From the NCBI GenBank assembly GCA_035541435.1, contig DATKNL010000012.1:6498-70497 (forward strand): a stretch of DNA of 64,000 nt. The letters are read 5' to 3'. The translations under genes were made by a program, and so were the position numbers. Under the pieces are notes generated by a model. The model ran no database searches. It was not told the DNA's origin and saw nothing but the letters and a program-made list of their open reading frames with translations. Position 1 is the stretch's first letter; every line of letters begins with the position of its first letter. Shown here one piece after another: positions 9,427-17,892 of the stretch. The stretch is from Minisyncoccota bacterium. Lineage in GTDB: Bacteria > Patescibacteriota > Minisyncoccia > UBA6257 > 2-01-FULL-56-20.

Positions 9427-10674
9427 TCATTCATAGCGCAACGCCTCGATGGGATTGAGCGATGCGGCGCGGCGCGCGGGATAATAGCCGAAGATGATGC
9501 CGATCGCCGCCGACACCCCGAACGCGAGGATGACGTAGGGTACCGAAACGGTCGTCGCGATGCCGGCGAACGAGGAGATGGCGACCGAGGCGATCCATCC
9601 GAGCGCGACGCCCACGAGGCCGCCCGTGAACGTGAGCATCACGGACTCGCCGAGGAACTGCAGCGTGATGTCCCCCTTCTTCGCGCCGATCGCCTTGCGC
9701 AGGCCGATCTCGCGGGTGCGCTCGGTCACCGTCGTGAGCATCATGTTCATGATGCCGATCCCGCCCACGAGGAGCGATATCGCGGCGATGGACGCGAGGA
9801 GCAGGGTGAAGGTGTTCGTCACGCTCGAGGCGGTCGCCACGATGTCGGCCTGGTTGAGGACGGTGAAGTCCGCCTGGCTCCCGCTCGGGATGCCGTGGCG
9901 CTGCATCAGGAGGTCGGTCACGTCGTTCTGCACCTGGGCCATGTCCCCCTGCGACGCCGCCTGGATGTCGACTTCGCTCACATAGGAGGCATCGCCCAGG
10001 AAGTACCGCTGGGCGGTGAGGAGCGGCACGTAGATCACGTTGTCCTGGTTCGAAAAGCCGGTGCCGCCCTTCGAGACGGTGACCCCGATCACCGTGAAAT
10101 TGTCGCCGCCGATGCGGATGGTCTGGCCGATCGCCTGATCCGGCGTGGCCGTCGCGGTGCCGTCCGGGTCGAACAGGTTCTGCAGGACCGTCGGGCCGAT
10201 CACCGCGACCCGGTTCGCTTCGGCGTTGTCGGTGTCGGTGACGAAGGTTCCCGTGTCGACCTGCAGGTTCCTGATCTGCGGATAGCTCGGGGCCGTGCCG
10301 ATCACGCTCGTGTTGGTGTTCGCCCCGCGATAGACGACCTGTTCGCGCGAGGTGACGCTCGGCGCGACCGCCTCGACGTTCGCGACCTGCGAGGCGATGG
10401 CGCCCGCATCGTCGGGGGTGAGCGTGTGCGAGCTGCCGAGACCCGCGCTCACCGTGGTCCCGAACGAGCGCTGCGCGCCCGGCGTCACGATGATAAGGTT
10501 CGATCCGAGCGACTGGATGCTCGCCTGGATCGACGCCTGCGTCCCCTGCCCGATCGACACCATCGCGATCACGGACGCGATGCCGATCACGATGCCGAGC
10601 ATCGTGAGGCCGGACCGCACCTTGTTCACGGTCACCGCGCTGTAGGTCTCCTCGAGAAGGTCCTCGGTCCTCAT
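9427..10674 (-). CDS. MacB/FtsX-family ABC transporter permease
   Basis: RSGLTMLGIVIGIASV, GGIGIMNMML..VTERTREIGLRKAIGA and PARRAASLNPIEALRYE. Confidence 0.95.
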   Translation of the reverse strand: MRTEDLLEETYSAVTVNKVRSGLTMLGIVIGIASVIAMVSIGQGTQASIQASIQSLGSNLIIVTPGAQRSFGTTVSAGLGSSHTLTPDDAGAIASQVANVEAVAPSVTSREQVVYRGANTNTSVIGTAPSYPQIRNLQVDTGTFVTDTDNAEANRVAVIGPTVLQNLFDPDGTATATPDQAIGQTIRIGGDNFTVIGVTVSKGGTGFSNQDNVIYVPLLTAQRYFLGDASYVSEVDIQAASQGDMAQVQNDVTDLLMQRHGIPSGSQADFTVLNQADIVATASSVTNTFTLLLASIAAISLLVGGIGIMNMMLTTVTERTREIGLRKAIGAKKGDITLQFLGESVMLTFTGGLVGVALGWIASVAISSFAGIATTVSVPYVILAFGVSAAIGIIFGYYPARRAASLNPIEALRYE

Positions 10675-11396
10675 GCGTGATGATGGGCGCCGATCCGCCG
10701 CTTGTGGTTCGCTTCGATCTCGACGATCGATCCGTCGAGGATGTGCACGATGCGGTCGGCGTGCTCGGCGACGTAGCGCTCGTGCGTGATGAGGACGACC
10801 GTCTTGCCGTGCTCGCGGTTCAGGGACTGGAACGTCCCCAGCACGATCTCGCCGGTCTTCGAATCGAGGTTGCCCGTCGGCTCGTCCGCGAGGATGAGCG
10901 CCGGATCGTTCACGAGCGACCGCGCGATCGCGACGCGCTGCATCATGCCGCCCGACAGCTGGTTCGAATAGTGGTACCAGAACTCTTCCGGAAACGCCGC
11001 GCTGGCGAGCGCCTTCTTCGCGACCCGCTCGCGCTTCGCCTTGTCCATGCCCTCATAGACGAGCGGCAGCTCGACGTTCCGCACGACGGTCGTGCGCGGC
11101 AGCAGGTTGAACGCCTGGAACACGAACCCGATCTTCTCGCGGCGCACGTCGGCGAGCTCGTCCTCGGTGAGCGTCGAAACGTCCCGGCCGTCGAGCGCAT
11201 AGGTGCCGGACGTCGGCGTGTCGAGCGCCCCCAGGATGTGCATGAGGGTCGACTTGCCCGAGCCGGACGGCCCCATGATGGCGACGAACTCGCCCTGGTC
11301 CACGTCAAGCGTGACGCCCTTCAGCACGGGCGTGGCTACGCCGCCGTTCACATAAGTCTTCCTGATGTCGATGCATTGGATGATGGATTTCTTCAT
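10671..11396 (-). CDS. ABC transporter ATP-binding protein (MacB/LolD type)
   Basis: Walker A GPSGSGKST, signature LSGGMMQRV, Walker B ILADEPTGNLD. Confidence 0.96.
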   Translation of the reverse strand: MKKSIIQCIDIRKTYVNGGVATPVLKGVTLDVDQGEFVAIMGPSGSGKSTLMHILGALDTPTSGTYALDGRDVSTLTEDELADVRREKIGFVFQAFNLLPRTTVVRNVELPLVYEGMDKAKRERVAKKALASAAFPEEFWYHYSNQLSGGMMQRVAIARSLVNDPALILADEPTGNLDSKTGEIVLGTFQSLNREHGKTVVLITHERYVAEHADRIVHILDGSIVEIEANHKRRIGAHHHA

Positions 11397-11432
11397 TTAA
11401 ATGAAGTGCTGTTGCGCAACCGGCCCGTCGAG

Positions 11433-13283
11433 CTAGCGGCCCGTGGCCCCTGCCGCACCGCCGCGCGTCGCGCCTCCGCCGCCGCCGCCAAAGACGGCCC
11501 CGCCTCCGCCGCCCAGGGCGCGCAGCGCGTTCGTGCCGCCCGCGGCCGACGATCCCGACGATCCGGACCGCACGGTCTGCGCGACGATCTCATCGCCCAC
11601 GCTCACGCCCGAGGTGATCTCGGTCACGGTATTGTTCGTGATGCCGACCGTCACGGGCACGGACTTCGTCCCCTGCGGCAGCGGGATCGCCCCCGAAGCC
11701 GCCGAGGCGAGCGATCCCGACGCGACCGGCGTCGCGGGCTCGAGCACATAGCTCGCCCCGCCCTGGGTCACGACCGCCGCGTTCGGGACGGTGACCACGT
11801 CCTGACGGACCGCGGTCACGATGTTCGCCGTGACGCTCATGCCGGGCTTCACCGCCTGCGTGCTCGTCCCCGTGTTCGTAAAGCCGACCTGCACGTTGTA
11901 GTTCACGACGCCCTGGCTCACGGTCCCCACCGGGTCGATCTCGATCACCGTGCCCGCGACCGACAGGTCCGGCAGCGCGTCGAACGTGAGCGTGGCCTTG
12001 TCGCCGAGGCTCACCTTCGCGGCGTCGACTTCGTTGAGCGTCACCTGGGCGACCTCGCCGTCAGCCGCGATCGTGACCGCCGACGAGGCGGCCGGCGTTC
12101 CGACGATCGCCGTGATCGCCGACACGATTCCCGCGACGGGCGCCCGCACCGTATCGTTCGCAAGGTTCTGCTCGGCCGTCTGTTCCGCGATCTGGGCGTT
12201 CTGGATCGACAGCTGCTGCGACTGCACGTCAAGCGCATCCGGCCCGCCCTGCAGGGCGGCGAGCGCGTCCTGCTTCTCCTTGAGGGACAACGCGCCGTTC
12301 GTGAGCGAGGAATGATCCGACGCGATCGAGGTCTGGAGGTTCGACATGGTCGTCACGTCGCCCGTCACCGTCTGGATGTAGTTCGAAAAGGTGTTCTGAT
12401 AGGTGTTCACGAGGGGCGGCAGCGGCGTCGTGCTCGACGAGGCCGGGAAGTTGTTGATGATGTTCGTCACGAGCCCCTTGGCCTGCGCGACCGCGTCGCT
12501 CACGGCGTTCACCGTGTTCGCCGTCTCGGCGAAAAGCGCGTCGAGCTGGGCCGGCGTCGCCGTGCGCGAGAGCGCGTGATAGTCCGTCAGGTTCTGGCCG
12601 TAGGCCTGCGTCGCCGCCGCGAAGCTCGCCTGCAGGCCGTTGCGGTACGGCATGGCGCCCGCCTGAAGATAGAACGGCAGCAGGCTCACGAACGCATCGG
12701 GGTCGTTCTGGACCTTGCTCAGGTCCTTGCCGGTGATGAAGTTCTGCAGCCCGGTCATGACGGTCTGGACGTCGACGAAGACCGAGCCGAGCGAGTCGTA
12801 TCCCCTGGCATAGTCGCTCGCGAGCGTCGACGAGGCGAGGGCGAGCGACTGGTCCGCCTGGGTGACCGCGTCCTCGGTCTGCGCGAGCGTCGCCGTCGCG
12901 GGGGCCTCCTGCAGCTTCTCGAGCGAAAGCTCGGATGACCGAAGGTTGATCTCGGCCTGCGCGAGCGCCTTCTTCTCGTTCGTCGGATCGAGCTCGACCA
13001 GGGCCTGCCCGACCGCCACGTGCTCGCCGACCTTCACGTCGATCGCGGTGACGTTGCCGGAATTCTGGGCCTTCACGGGAATCGACGAGACCGCCTGGAC
13101 CTGCCCGCTCGCCGACACGGACGAGACGACGGTCCCCTGCGACGCGGCCTCAACGACATATTTCGTGACGGCGGTCGATCCGTGGGCCGACGCATACCAG
13201 TAATACCCGCCGCCGATGACGATCGCGGCTGCGATGACGGTGAGGACCTTATGGGCGCGGAGGATGGCGATGGCTTTCTTCAT
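11433..13283 (-). CDS. MacA-like efflux adaptor subunit with long coiled coil
   Basis: Start placed at MKKAIAIL; TM, VSASGQV, VRAPVAG, VKPGMSVTANI and a Gly-rich tail. Confidence 0.88.
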   Translation of the reverse strand: MKKAIAILRAHKVLTVIAAAIVIGGGYYWYASAHGSTAVTKYVVEAASQGTVVSSVSASGQVQAVSSIPVKAQNSGNVTAIDVKVGEHVAVGQALVELDPTNEKKALAQAEINLRSSELSLEKLQEAPATATLAQTEDAVTQADQSLALASSTLASDYARGYDSLGSVFVDVQTVMTGLQNFITGKDLSKVQNDPDAFVSLLPFYLQAGAMPYRNGLQASFAAATQAYGQNLTDYHALSRTATPAQLDALFAETANTVNAVSDAVAQAKGLVTNIINNFPASSSTTPLPPLVNTYQNTFSNYIQTVTGDVTTMSNLQTSIASDHSSLTNGALSLKEKQDALAALQGGPDALDVQSQQLSIQNAQIAEQTAEQNLANDTVRAPVAGIVSAITAIVGTPAASSAVTIAADGEVAQVTLNEVDAAKVSLGDKATLTFDALPDLSVAGTVIEIDPVGTVSQGVVNYNVQVGFTNTGTSTQAVKPGMSVTANIVTAVRQDVVTVPNAAVVTQGGASYVLEPATPVASGSLASAASGAIPLPQGTKSVPVTVGITNNTVTEITSGVSVGDEIVAQTVRSGSSGSSAAGGTNALRALGGGGGAVFGGGGGGATRGGAAGATGR

Positions 13284-13297
13284 GGGGATGATGTTTC

Positions 13298-13825
13298 TTA
13301 AAAGGTATGGATGATGATGACGTTCGACGCGTTCGACATCGGACCGAACTGCGTCCCGGGAGGCGACGAGGTCGCCGGGAAGACGCGGATGAAGCGGGCC
13401 TGGATCTCGCCGTCCGCGCCCGGCTGGCCGATCACGACGACCCGTTCGCCGACCTGCATCCCGTCCTCGCCCATCGTCCGGTCGTACATCCTGATGATCG
13501 TCGTCGAGGGGACCTCGACCCACTCCTCGTCGCTGTTCCCGTCCTCGACGACCAGGCTCGTCGTCGCGACGTCGACGACCGTGCCGATCACGCCGTGGGC
13601 CGACCCGGGCATGCCGCCCGCAAGCCACGGGGGCGTCCCGCCGAACACGCTGCGGTCATAGCTCGCCCCGCGGTCCGACGCGAACATCGCCTTGCGATAG
13701 CCGACATAGATGCCGAGCGCGAAGATGACGAACACGAGCGCGATGGTGCCCGTGATGGCGATGGCCGCGTTGACCTTGTTCGCGCGCGGCTCGCGGCGGG
13801 GATGGGTGGGTTCGCTCATGGTCAT
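13298..13825 (-). CDS. Hypothetical membrane-anchored protein (DUF5666-like)
   Basis: TM followed by HGVIGTV...VGERVVVIG....GEIQARFIRV; lies within the operon. Confidence 0.7.
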   Translation of the reverse strand: MTMSEPTHPRREPRANKVNAAIAITGTIALVFVIFALGIYVGYRKAMFASDRGASYDRSVFGGTPPWLAGGMPGSAHGVIGTVVDVATTSLVVEDGNSDEEWVEVPSTTIIRMYDRTMGEDGMQVGERVVVIGQPGADGEIQARFIRVFPATSSPPGTQFGPMSNASNVIIIHTF

Positions 13826-14229
13826 CCGGCGCGCAGCATGCGCGCGTCATTCACGAAGCCCGACAGCGACCAGCCCGCGACGGCAAGGCCGCCGAGGGCG
13901 ATGCCCGCCGTGAAGGCCGGGAACGATTCGACAAGCGAGAGGACGGCGTCCTGCAGGTTGCCGGCGACGGCGCCGAAGTCCGAGAAGAAGAGCGAGCCGA
14001 ACTGCACGAATCCGGACTGGCCGATCTGGACGCCCGCGGCAACCAGCTCGGCGACGCCGACGGCCGCCGATGCCGCGAACAGCGCCGCGAATCCGACGAG
14101 CTTCGCGATGAGGATGCGCCGCTCGCGGGCCGCGATGGCCCGCAGCGTGCGGAACTTCAAATCCGCCGGCGGCTCCGGCGCTTCATGACCCTTGAACCAA
14201 TCGCGATAGTTCTCCGAATCCTTGCCCAT
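13822..14229 (-). CDS. Membrane protein, probable anti-sigma factor
   Basis: Directly downstream of the ECF sigma gene; short soluble N-terminus (PEPPADL) plus TM helices. Confidence 0.6.
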   Translation of the reverse strand: MGKDSENYRDWFKGHEAPEPPADLKFRTLRAIAARERRILIAKLVGFAALFAASAAVGVAELVAAGVQIGQSGFVQFGSLFFSDFGAVAGNLQDAVLSLVESFPAFTAGIALGGLAVAGWSLSGFVNDARMLRAG

Positions 14230-14241
14230 GGGTTTCTTCCT

Positions 14242-14269
14242 ATACGAGAAAACGGGCCTTTTCGGTGCA
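14242..14269 (-). promoter_or_regulatory. Putative ECF-sigma promoter
   Basis: TGCACC-N17-CGTAT on the minus strand, 12 nt upstream of the 14229 start; resembles SigW/SigM-type -35 and CGT -10 elements. Confidence 0.5.
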
Positions 14270-14290
14270 TGGGGATCCCGGCCGTCGGGA

Positions 14291-14911
14291 TCAAAAGCCA
14301 GCGGGAAGGTGCTTTTTGAGCTGCTGGAGGCCCCGCCGATGCTTGCTTTTCACCGTATCGATCGGCTCCCCGAGGATCTCGGCGATCTCGCGGAACTTGA
14401 ACCCCTCGGCATAACGGAGGGAAAGGACGATCCGGTACGGCGCGGACAGCCTGAGCAGGGCCTGGTCGAGGACCCGTGCGGTCGCCATCCGGTCGAACAT
14501 GGCGTCAGGCAGCTCCGGCGACTCGACATACGGCGCAAGCGCGGTATCGAGGTCGGCATCGGCGGCCTCAAGCTGCGAGAACAGGAGCGGTTTCTTCTTT
14601 TTGATGAAATCGAGCGACGCGTTGCGGGCGATCGTGAGGAGCCACGTCCTGAAGCTGCGGGCCTGGTCGAACGTCGCAAGGTGCTTCCATGCGCGGATGA
14701 ACGTCTCTTGCGTCACGTCGCTCGCGTCGTCGACGTTCGCAAGGTAGCGATAGGCGAAGCGGTAGACCGTCGGCATGTGGCGGTCGAGCAGGTCGGAAAA
14801 GCCCCGGTCGTTGCCGGCAAGGAACGACCGGACGAGCGCCGCGTCGTCCTCGAGGGACGGCGCGCCTGCGACGGGAAACGGCAGGGCCGGATTGTGGTCG
14901 AACGGCTTCAT
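14291..14911 (-). CDS. ECF (sigma-70 family) RNA polymerase sigma factor
   Basis: Region 2 DASDVTQETFIRAW...FRTWLLTIARN; region 4 FREIAEILGEPIDTVKS. Confidence 0.93.
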   Translation of the reverse strand: MKPFDHNPALPFPVAGAPSLEDDAALVRSFLAGNDRGFSDLLDRHMPTVYRFAYRYLANVDDASDVTQETFIRAWKHLATFDQARSFRTWLLTIARNASLDFIKKKKPLLFSQLEAADADLDTALAPYVESPELPDAMFDRMATARVLDQALLRLSAPYRIVLSLRYAEGFKFREIAEILGEPIDTVKSKHRRGLQQLKKHLPAGF

Positions 14912-15348
14912 CGTTCGTAAAGGCCGACGAGGTCAGCCTGGGTTATCAGATGATTGTCGATCTGCATCTGGATTTCGCCAAGGGGTGCGGTCGCCGCAAG
15001 GTCGAGCATCTCGTTCAGGGCATACAGCTGAAAGTGATAATGATGGACGCCTCCCGGCGGGCACGGACCCATATAGCCGATGCGGCCGGCGCTGTTGCGG
15101 CCCTCGACGGAACCCGGAGGCACGCTCTCTTCCTTGATGAGCGTCGTCTCGGGATTGATGTTCCAGACGACCCAATGGGTGAAGCCGCCCTGCATGGGCG
15201 CGTCGGGATCGTGCACGATGAGGGCGAGGCTCCTCGCGCCCTGCGGAACGTTCTGAATCTGCAGCTCGGGGTTGATGCCGCCCCCGTCGCACGTGAACTT
15301 CTTGGGAATCATGGCGTCATCGTCGAACGAGGGACTCGTGATGATCAT
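14908..15348 (-). CDS. YbhB/YbcL family (PEBP/Raf kinase inhibitor-like) protein
   Basis: DPDAP, FTHWVVWNI and GYMGPCPP..HHYHFQLYAL. Confidence 0.93.
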   Translation of the reverse strand: MIITSPSFDDDAMIPKKFTCDGGGINPELQIQNVPQGARSLALIVHDPDAPMQGGFTHWVVWNINPETTLIKEESVPPGSVEGRNSAGRIGYMGPCPPGGVHHYHFQLYALNEMLDLAATAPLGEIQMQIDNHLITQADLVGLYER

Positions 15349-15380
15349 ACCTTTTATTACAGCAGATCAGCCCTGACTTA

Positions 15381-15734
15381 TCAACGGCCGACAAATGCGC
15401 GATATTCCCTCGCGATCACGTCGGCGATCTCGCCGCGGGGCTTGCTCACGCCGGGATAGCGCCAGGCGCTGATCACCGTCCGCCGCTTCGGCGAATCCTG
15501 GACCATGACCCACAGCTCCTGGGTCCAGACCCCCGCCTTCGAGCCGCGTTTCGCGCTCACCTTCATCGATGCCGGCTGCATCATCGCGACCGTCGACGGG
15601 GCGACGCCCTCTTCGACGCGCTTCGGCGAATGCATGATGCGGCGAACCCGCGCCGGACTCAGGCGGTAATATTCCATCTTCGCCCTGGCGTGGCTCGTCC
15701 AATGAAGCGGTTTCGCGGCTCCGATCAGCGGCAT
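15381..15734 (-). CDS. Hypothetical protein, possibly RelE/BrnT/DUF4258-like fold
   Basis: WTSHARAKM...VISAWRY pattern; TATAAT 6 nt upstream of ATG. Confidence 0.6.
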   Translation of the reverse strand: MPLIGAAKPLHWTSHARAKMEYYRLSPARVRRIMHSPKRVEEGVAPSTVAMMQPASMKVSAKRGSKAGVWTQELWVMVQDSPKRRTVISAWRYPGVSKPRGEIADVIAREYRAFVGR

Positions 15735-15815
15735 GATGCCATTATAGCCGATCGACGATTAAAAACGGATAAAAAAAACCGGACGCCTAAGCATCCGGAA
15801 CAGCGGGACAACCTC

Positions 15816-16073
15816 CTAATTCTGCATCCCGACGACGAACATCTTCACTTTTGGTCCCATCTTCAGCACGGCGATCAGGACGATCAGCGCGCACGAAAGC
15901 GGGACGATGACGGCGGCGGCAAGCAACGGAGCGGGCAGGTTGTCGATCGGAAGGTGAAATCGCGCGAACACCATCATGAATGCGGCACCCGTGCCATAGA
16001 GCATGATGACGGCAGCAACGACGGCGACAAGAGCGACGACGACCCAGGCGAGAACGCCTGAAAGCATCCTCAT
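15816..16073 (-). CDS. Small hypothetical membrane protein
   Basis: Two hydrophobic helices; GAAGGAG SD upstream of ATG. Confidence 0.6.
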   Translation of the reverse strand: MRMLSGVLAWVVVALVAVVAAVIMLYGTGAAFMMVFARFHLPIDNLPAPLLAAAVIVPLSCALIVLIAVLKMGPKVKMFVVGMQN

Positions 16074-16121
16074 ACGTCATCTCCTTCTTCAAACGGGACT
16101 GCAGATACTATGCTGGAAAAA

Positions 16122-16805
16122 CTAGGAAAAGTCAATCGCCGCGCGGCGATACGTGCAGAAGTCGCACGTCGGAGCCGCATCGGGAACCGCCGCCGCGTCA
16201 TAGGTCTTCTTGGCGGCCTTGAGCGCCTGCTCGATCCACGAATCGTCGCCCTGCAGCGGCTCGATGAACATGTCGAACGAAAGCGCCGCGTGGCCCTTGC
16301 CGAAACCGCTCCCCTTGTTCACGCGCGCGAAGACGAAATAGCCGACCGGCGATACGTCGAAGCCGTTCCTGCGGAGCAGCCATTGATAGATCTCCATCTG
16401 GCGGCGGTACGAATCATAGATCTGGTGCTCCTTCGCGCCGGTCGCCTTATAGTCGACGACGTGGATGCTGCCGTCCGGATCGATCCAGAGGTCGTCGACG
16501 GCGCCATAGACGAGGAATCCCGTCGGCTCATGGTCGAACTGCACGCCCGTGAAGTTGTGCCGCCAGGTGTTCAGCTTTTCGTGCTGGAACGGCAGGGCAT
16601 CGATGTCATATTTTTCCATCACGGGATGACGCGTCCCCTTCGCGCGGTGCACGTCGAATTCCTCCTTCAAAAGATAGTCGACCGCGTTGTTCAGCGTGAA
16701 CGGCGGGCCGGACGGCCGCTTGATATGCTGCCGCAGGTCGAGCCAGAAGCAGCGCGGGCATTCCAAAAAAAGCTCGAGCTTGGAGCGCGACAGTTTGACG
16801 GCCAT
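16122..16805 (-). CDS. PD-(D/E)XK nuclease family protein (Cas4/AddB-like, Cys-containing)
   Basis: LSRSKL..FLECPRC, GAVDD, VVDYK, QMEIY and C-terminal CDFC. Confidence 0.85.
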   Translation of the reverse strand: MAVKLSRSKLELFLECPRCFWLDLRQHIKRPSGPPFTLNNAVDYLLKEEFDVHRAKGTRHPVMEKYDIDALPFQHEKLNTWRHNFTGVQFDHEPTGFLVYGAVDDLWIDPDGSIHVVDYKATGAKEHQIYDSYRRQMEIYQWLLRRNGFDVSPVGYFVFARVNKGSGFGKGHAALSFDMFIEPLQGDDSWIEQALKAAKKTYDAAAVPDAAPTCDFCTYRRAAIDFS

Positions 16806-16810
16806 GCGTC

Positions 16811-17782
16811 TCAGCGGCTGATGAGTTTCTTGAACTCCTCAACCATCGGCACCTGCTCGGGGTCGACGCCATAGAGCTTGCCGGTATAGAACGCCGTCCA
16901 GTCCGCGAGGTTCAGCACCGTGAAGATCTTATGGATCTCGTTCTTGCCCTGCATGAGCACGATCTCGGTCTTGAAGCCGCGGTCGCGGAACAGCTTCTCC
17001 ATCACGTTCATGCGCTTGATGATGCGCCGGTCGTCGCTCGCGTCCTTGAGAAAGACGAAATGGAACACGCGCGAGAGCGGCGGGGTCTTGCCCTTCGCAT
17101 CGAAGCCCGTCATCTCGTTGTGGTTGACCTCGGGAACGACGTTCCAGAACGCCGGGATCTTGCCGGTCTCGTTGAATTTGATCTTCCAGTTCTTCGCGAC
17201 GGCGAGGTTGCGCACCGAGGCATAGATCACGGGGACGCTGCCGTGCAGGCGCCTCGCGAGGTCGCGGCCGCGCAGCTCTTCGCGGGACGTCTGGAGCGAG
17301 TGCGCCAGGGTCTTCAGTTCCGCAAGCATCCCCTTCTCGCCCATGAGCGCGAGCATGCCGATCATGCTGAGGCCCGTCGCCATGCGGGGCTGCATGTGAA
17401 GGTCGGGCAGCTGCACATAGGGCACCTTGAGCGTCTGCGCGAGCTTGATCAGCTTGCCGCGCGAAGCCATCGCGACGAAATTGAGCTTTTTCTTCTTGGC
17501 GGCCTGCAGGGCGTCGATCGCCTCTTCGGTGTTGCCCGAATAGGAACTGATGATGATCAGCCGGTCCTTGAGGTCCTTGTCCGCGAGCGGCGGAAGCCCG
17601 TAGTTGTGCCAGATCACGAGATCGAGCGACGGGTGCCAATCAAGCAGAAGGTCGGCCGCGAGGTGCGATCCGCCCATCCCGCACACGGCGAACTTCGTGA
17701 ATTTCTTCAGCTTCTTCGCGTTTTCGACCACCGGCACGTACTCGAACTGGTCCGCATATTTTTTAATGTCTTCTGGTAGCAT
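16811..17782 (-). CDS. Bifunctional phosphoglucose/phosphomannose isomerase (SIS domain)
   Basis: GMGGS, SSYSGNTEE, QPR, WKIKFNETGK and PEVNHNE. Confidence 0.9.
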   Translation of the reverse strand: MLPEDIKKYADQFEYVPVVENAKKLKKFTKFAVCGMGGSHLAADLLLDWHPSLDLVIWHNYGLPPLADKDLKDRLIIISSYSGNTEEAIDALQAAKKKKLNFVAMASRGKLIKLAQTLKVPYVQLPDLHMQPRMATGLSMIGMLALMGEKGMLAELKTLAHSLQTSREELRGRDLARRLHGSVPVIYASVRNLAVAKNWKIKFNETGKIPAFWNVVPEVNHNEMTGFDAKGKTPPLSRVFHFVFLKDASDDRRIIKRMNVMEKLFRDRGFKTEIVLMQGKNEIHKIFTVLNLADWTAFYTGKLYGVDPEQVPMVEEFKKLISR

Positions 17783-17892
17783 GCATTCATTATAAGGCAA
17801 CCGGGGGCAAAAGAAATGGGACCAATCCACAGGCATCTGGGCATCGACAAAACGGCGTCCTCCCTTTCGGCGCCCTGATTCGGATGAATGGA

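Noticed and set aside
16122-16805. Cas4-like nuclease as evidence of a CRISPR-Cas system
   Set aside because: No cas1/cas2 or array nearby; solo PD-(D/E)XK proteins of this type are common.
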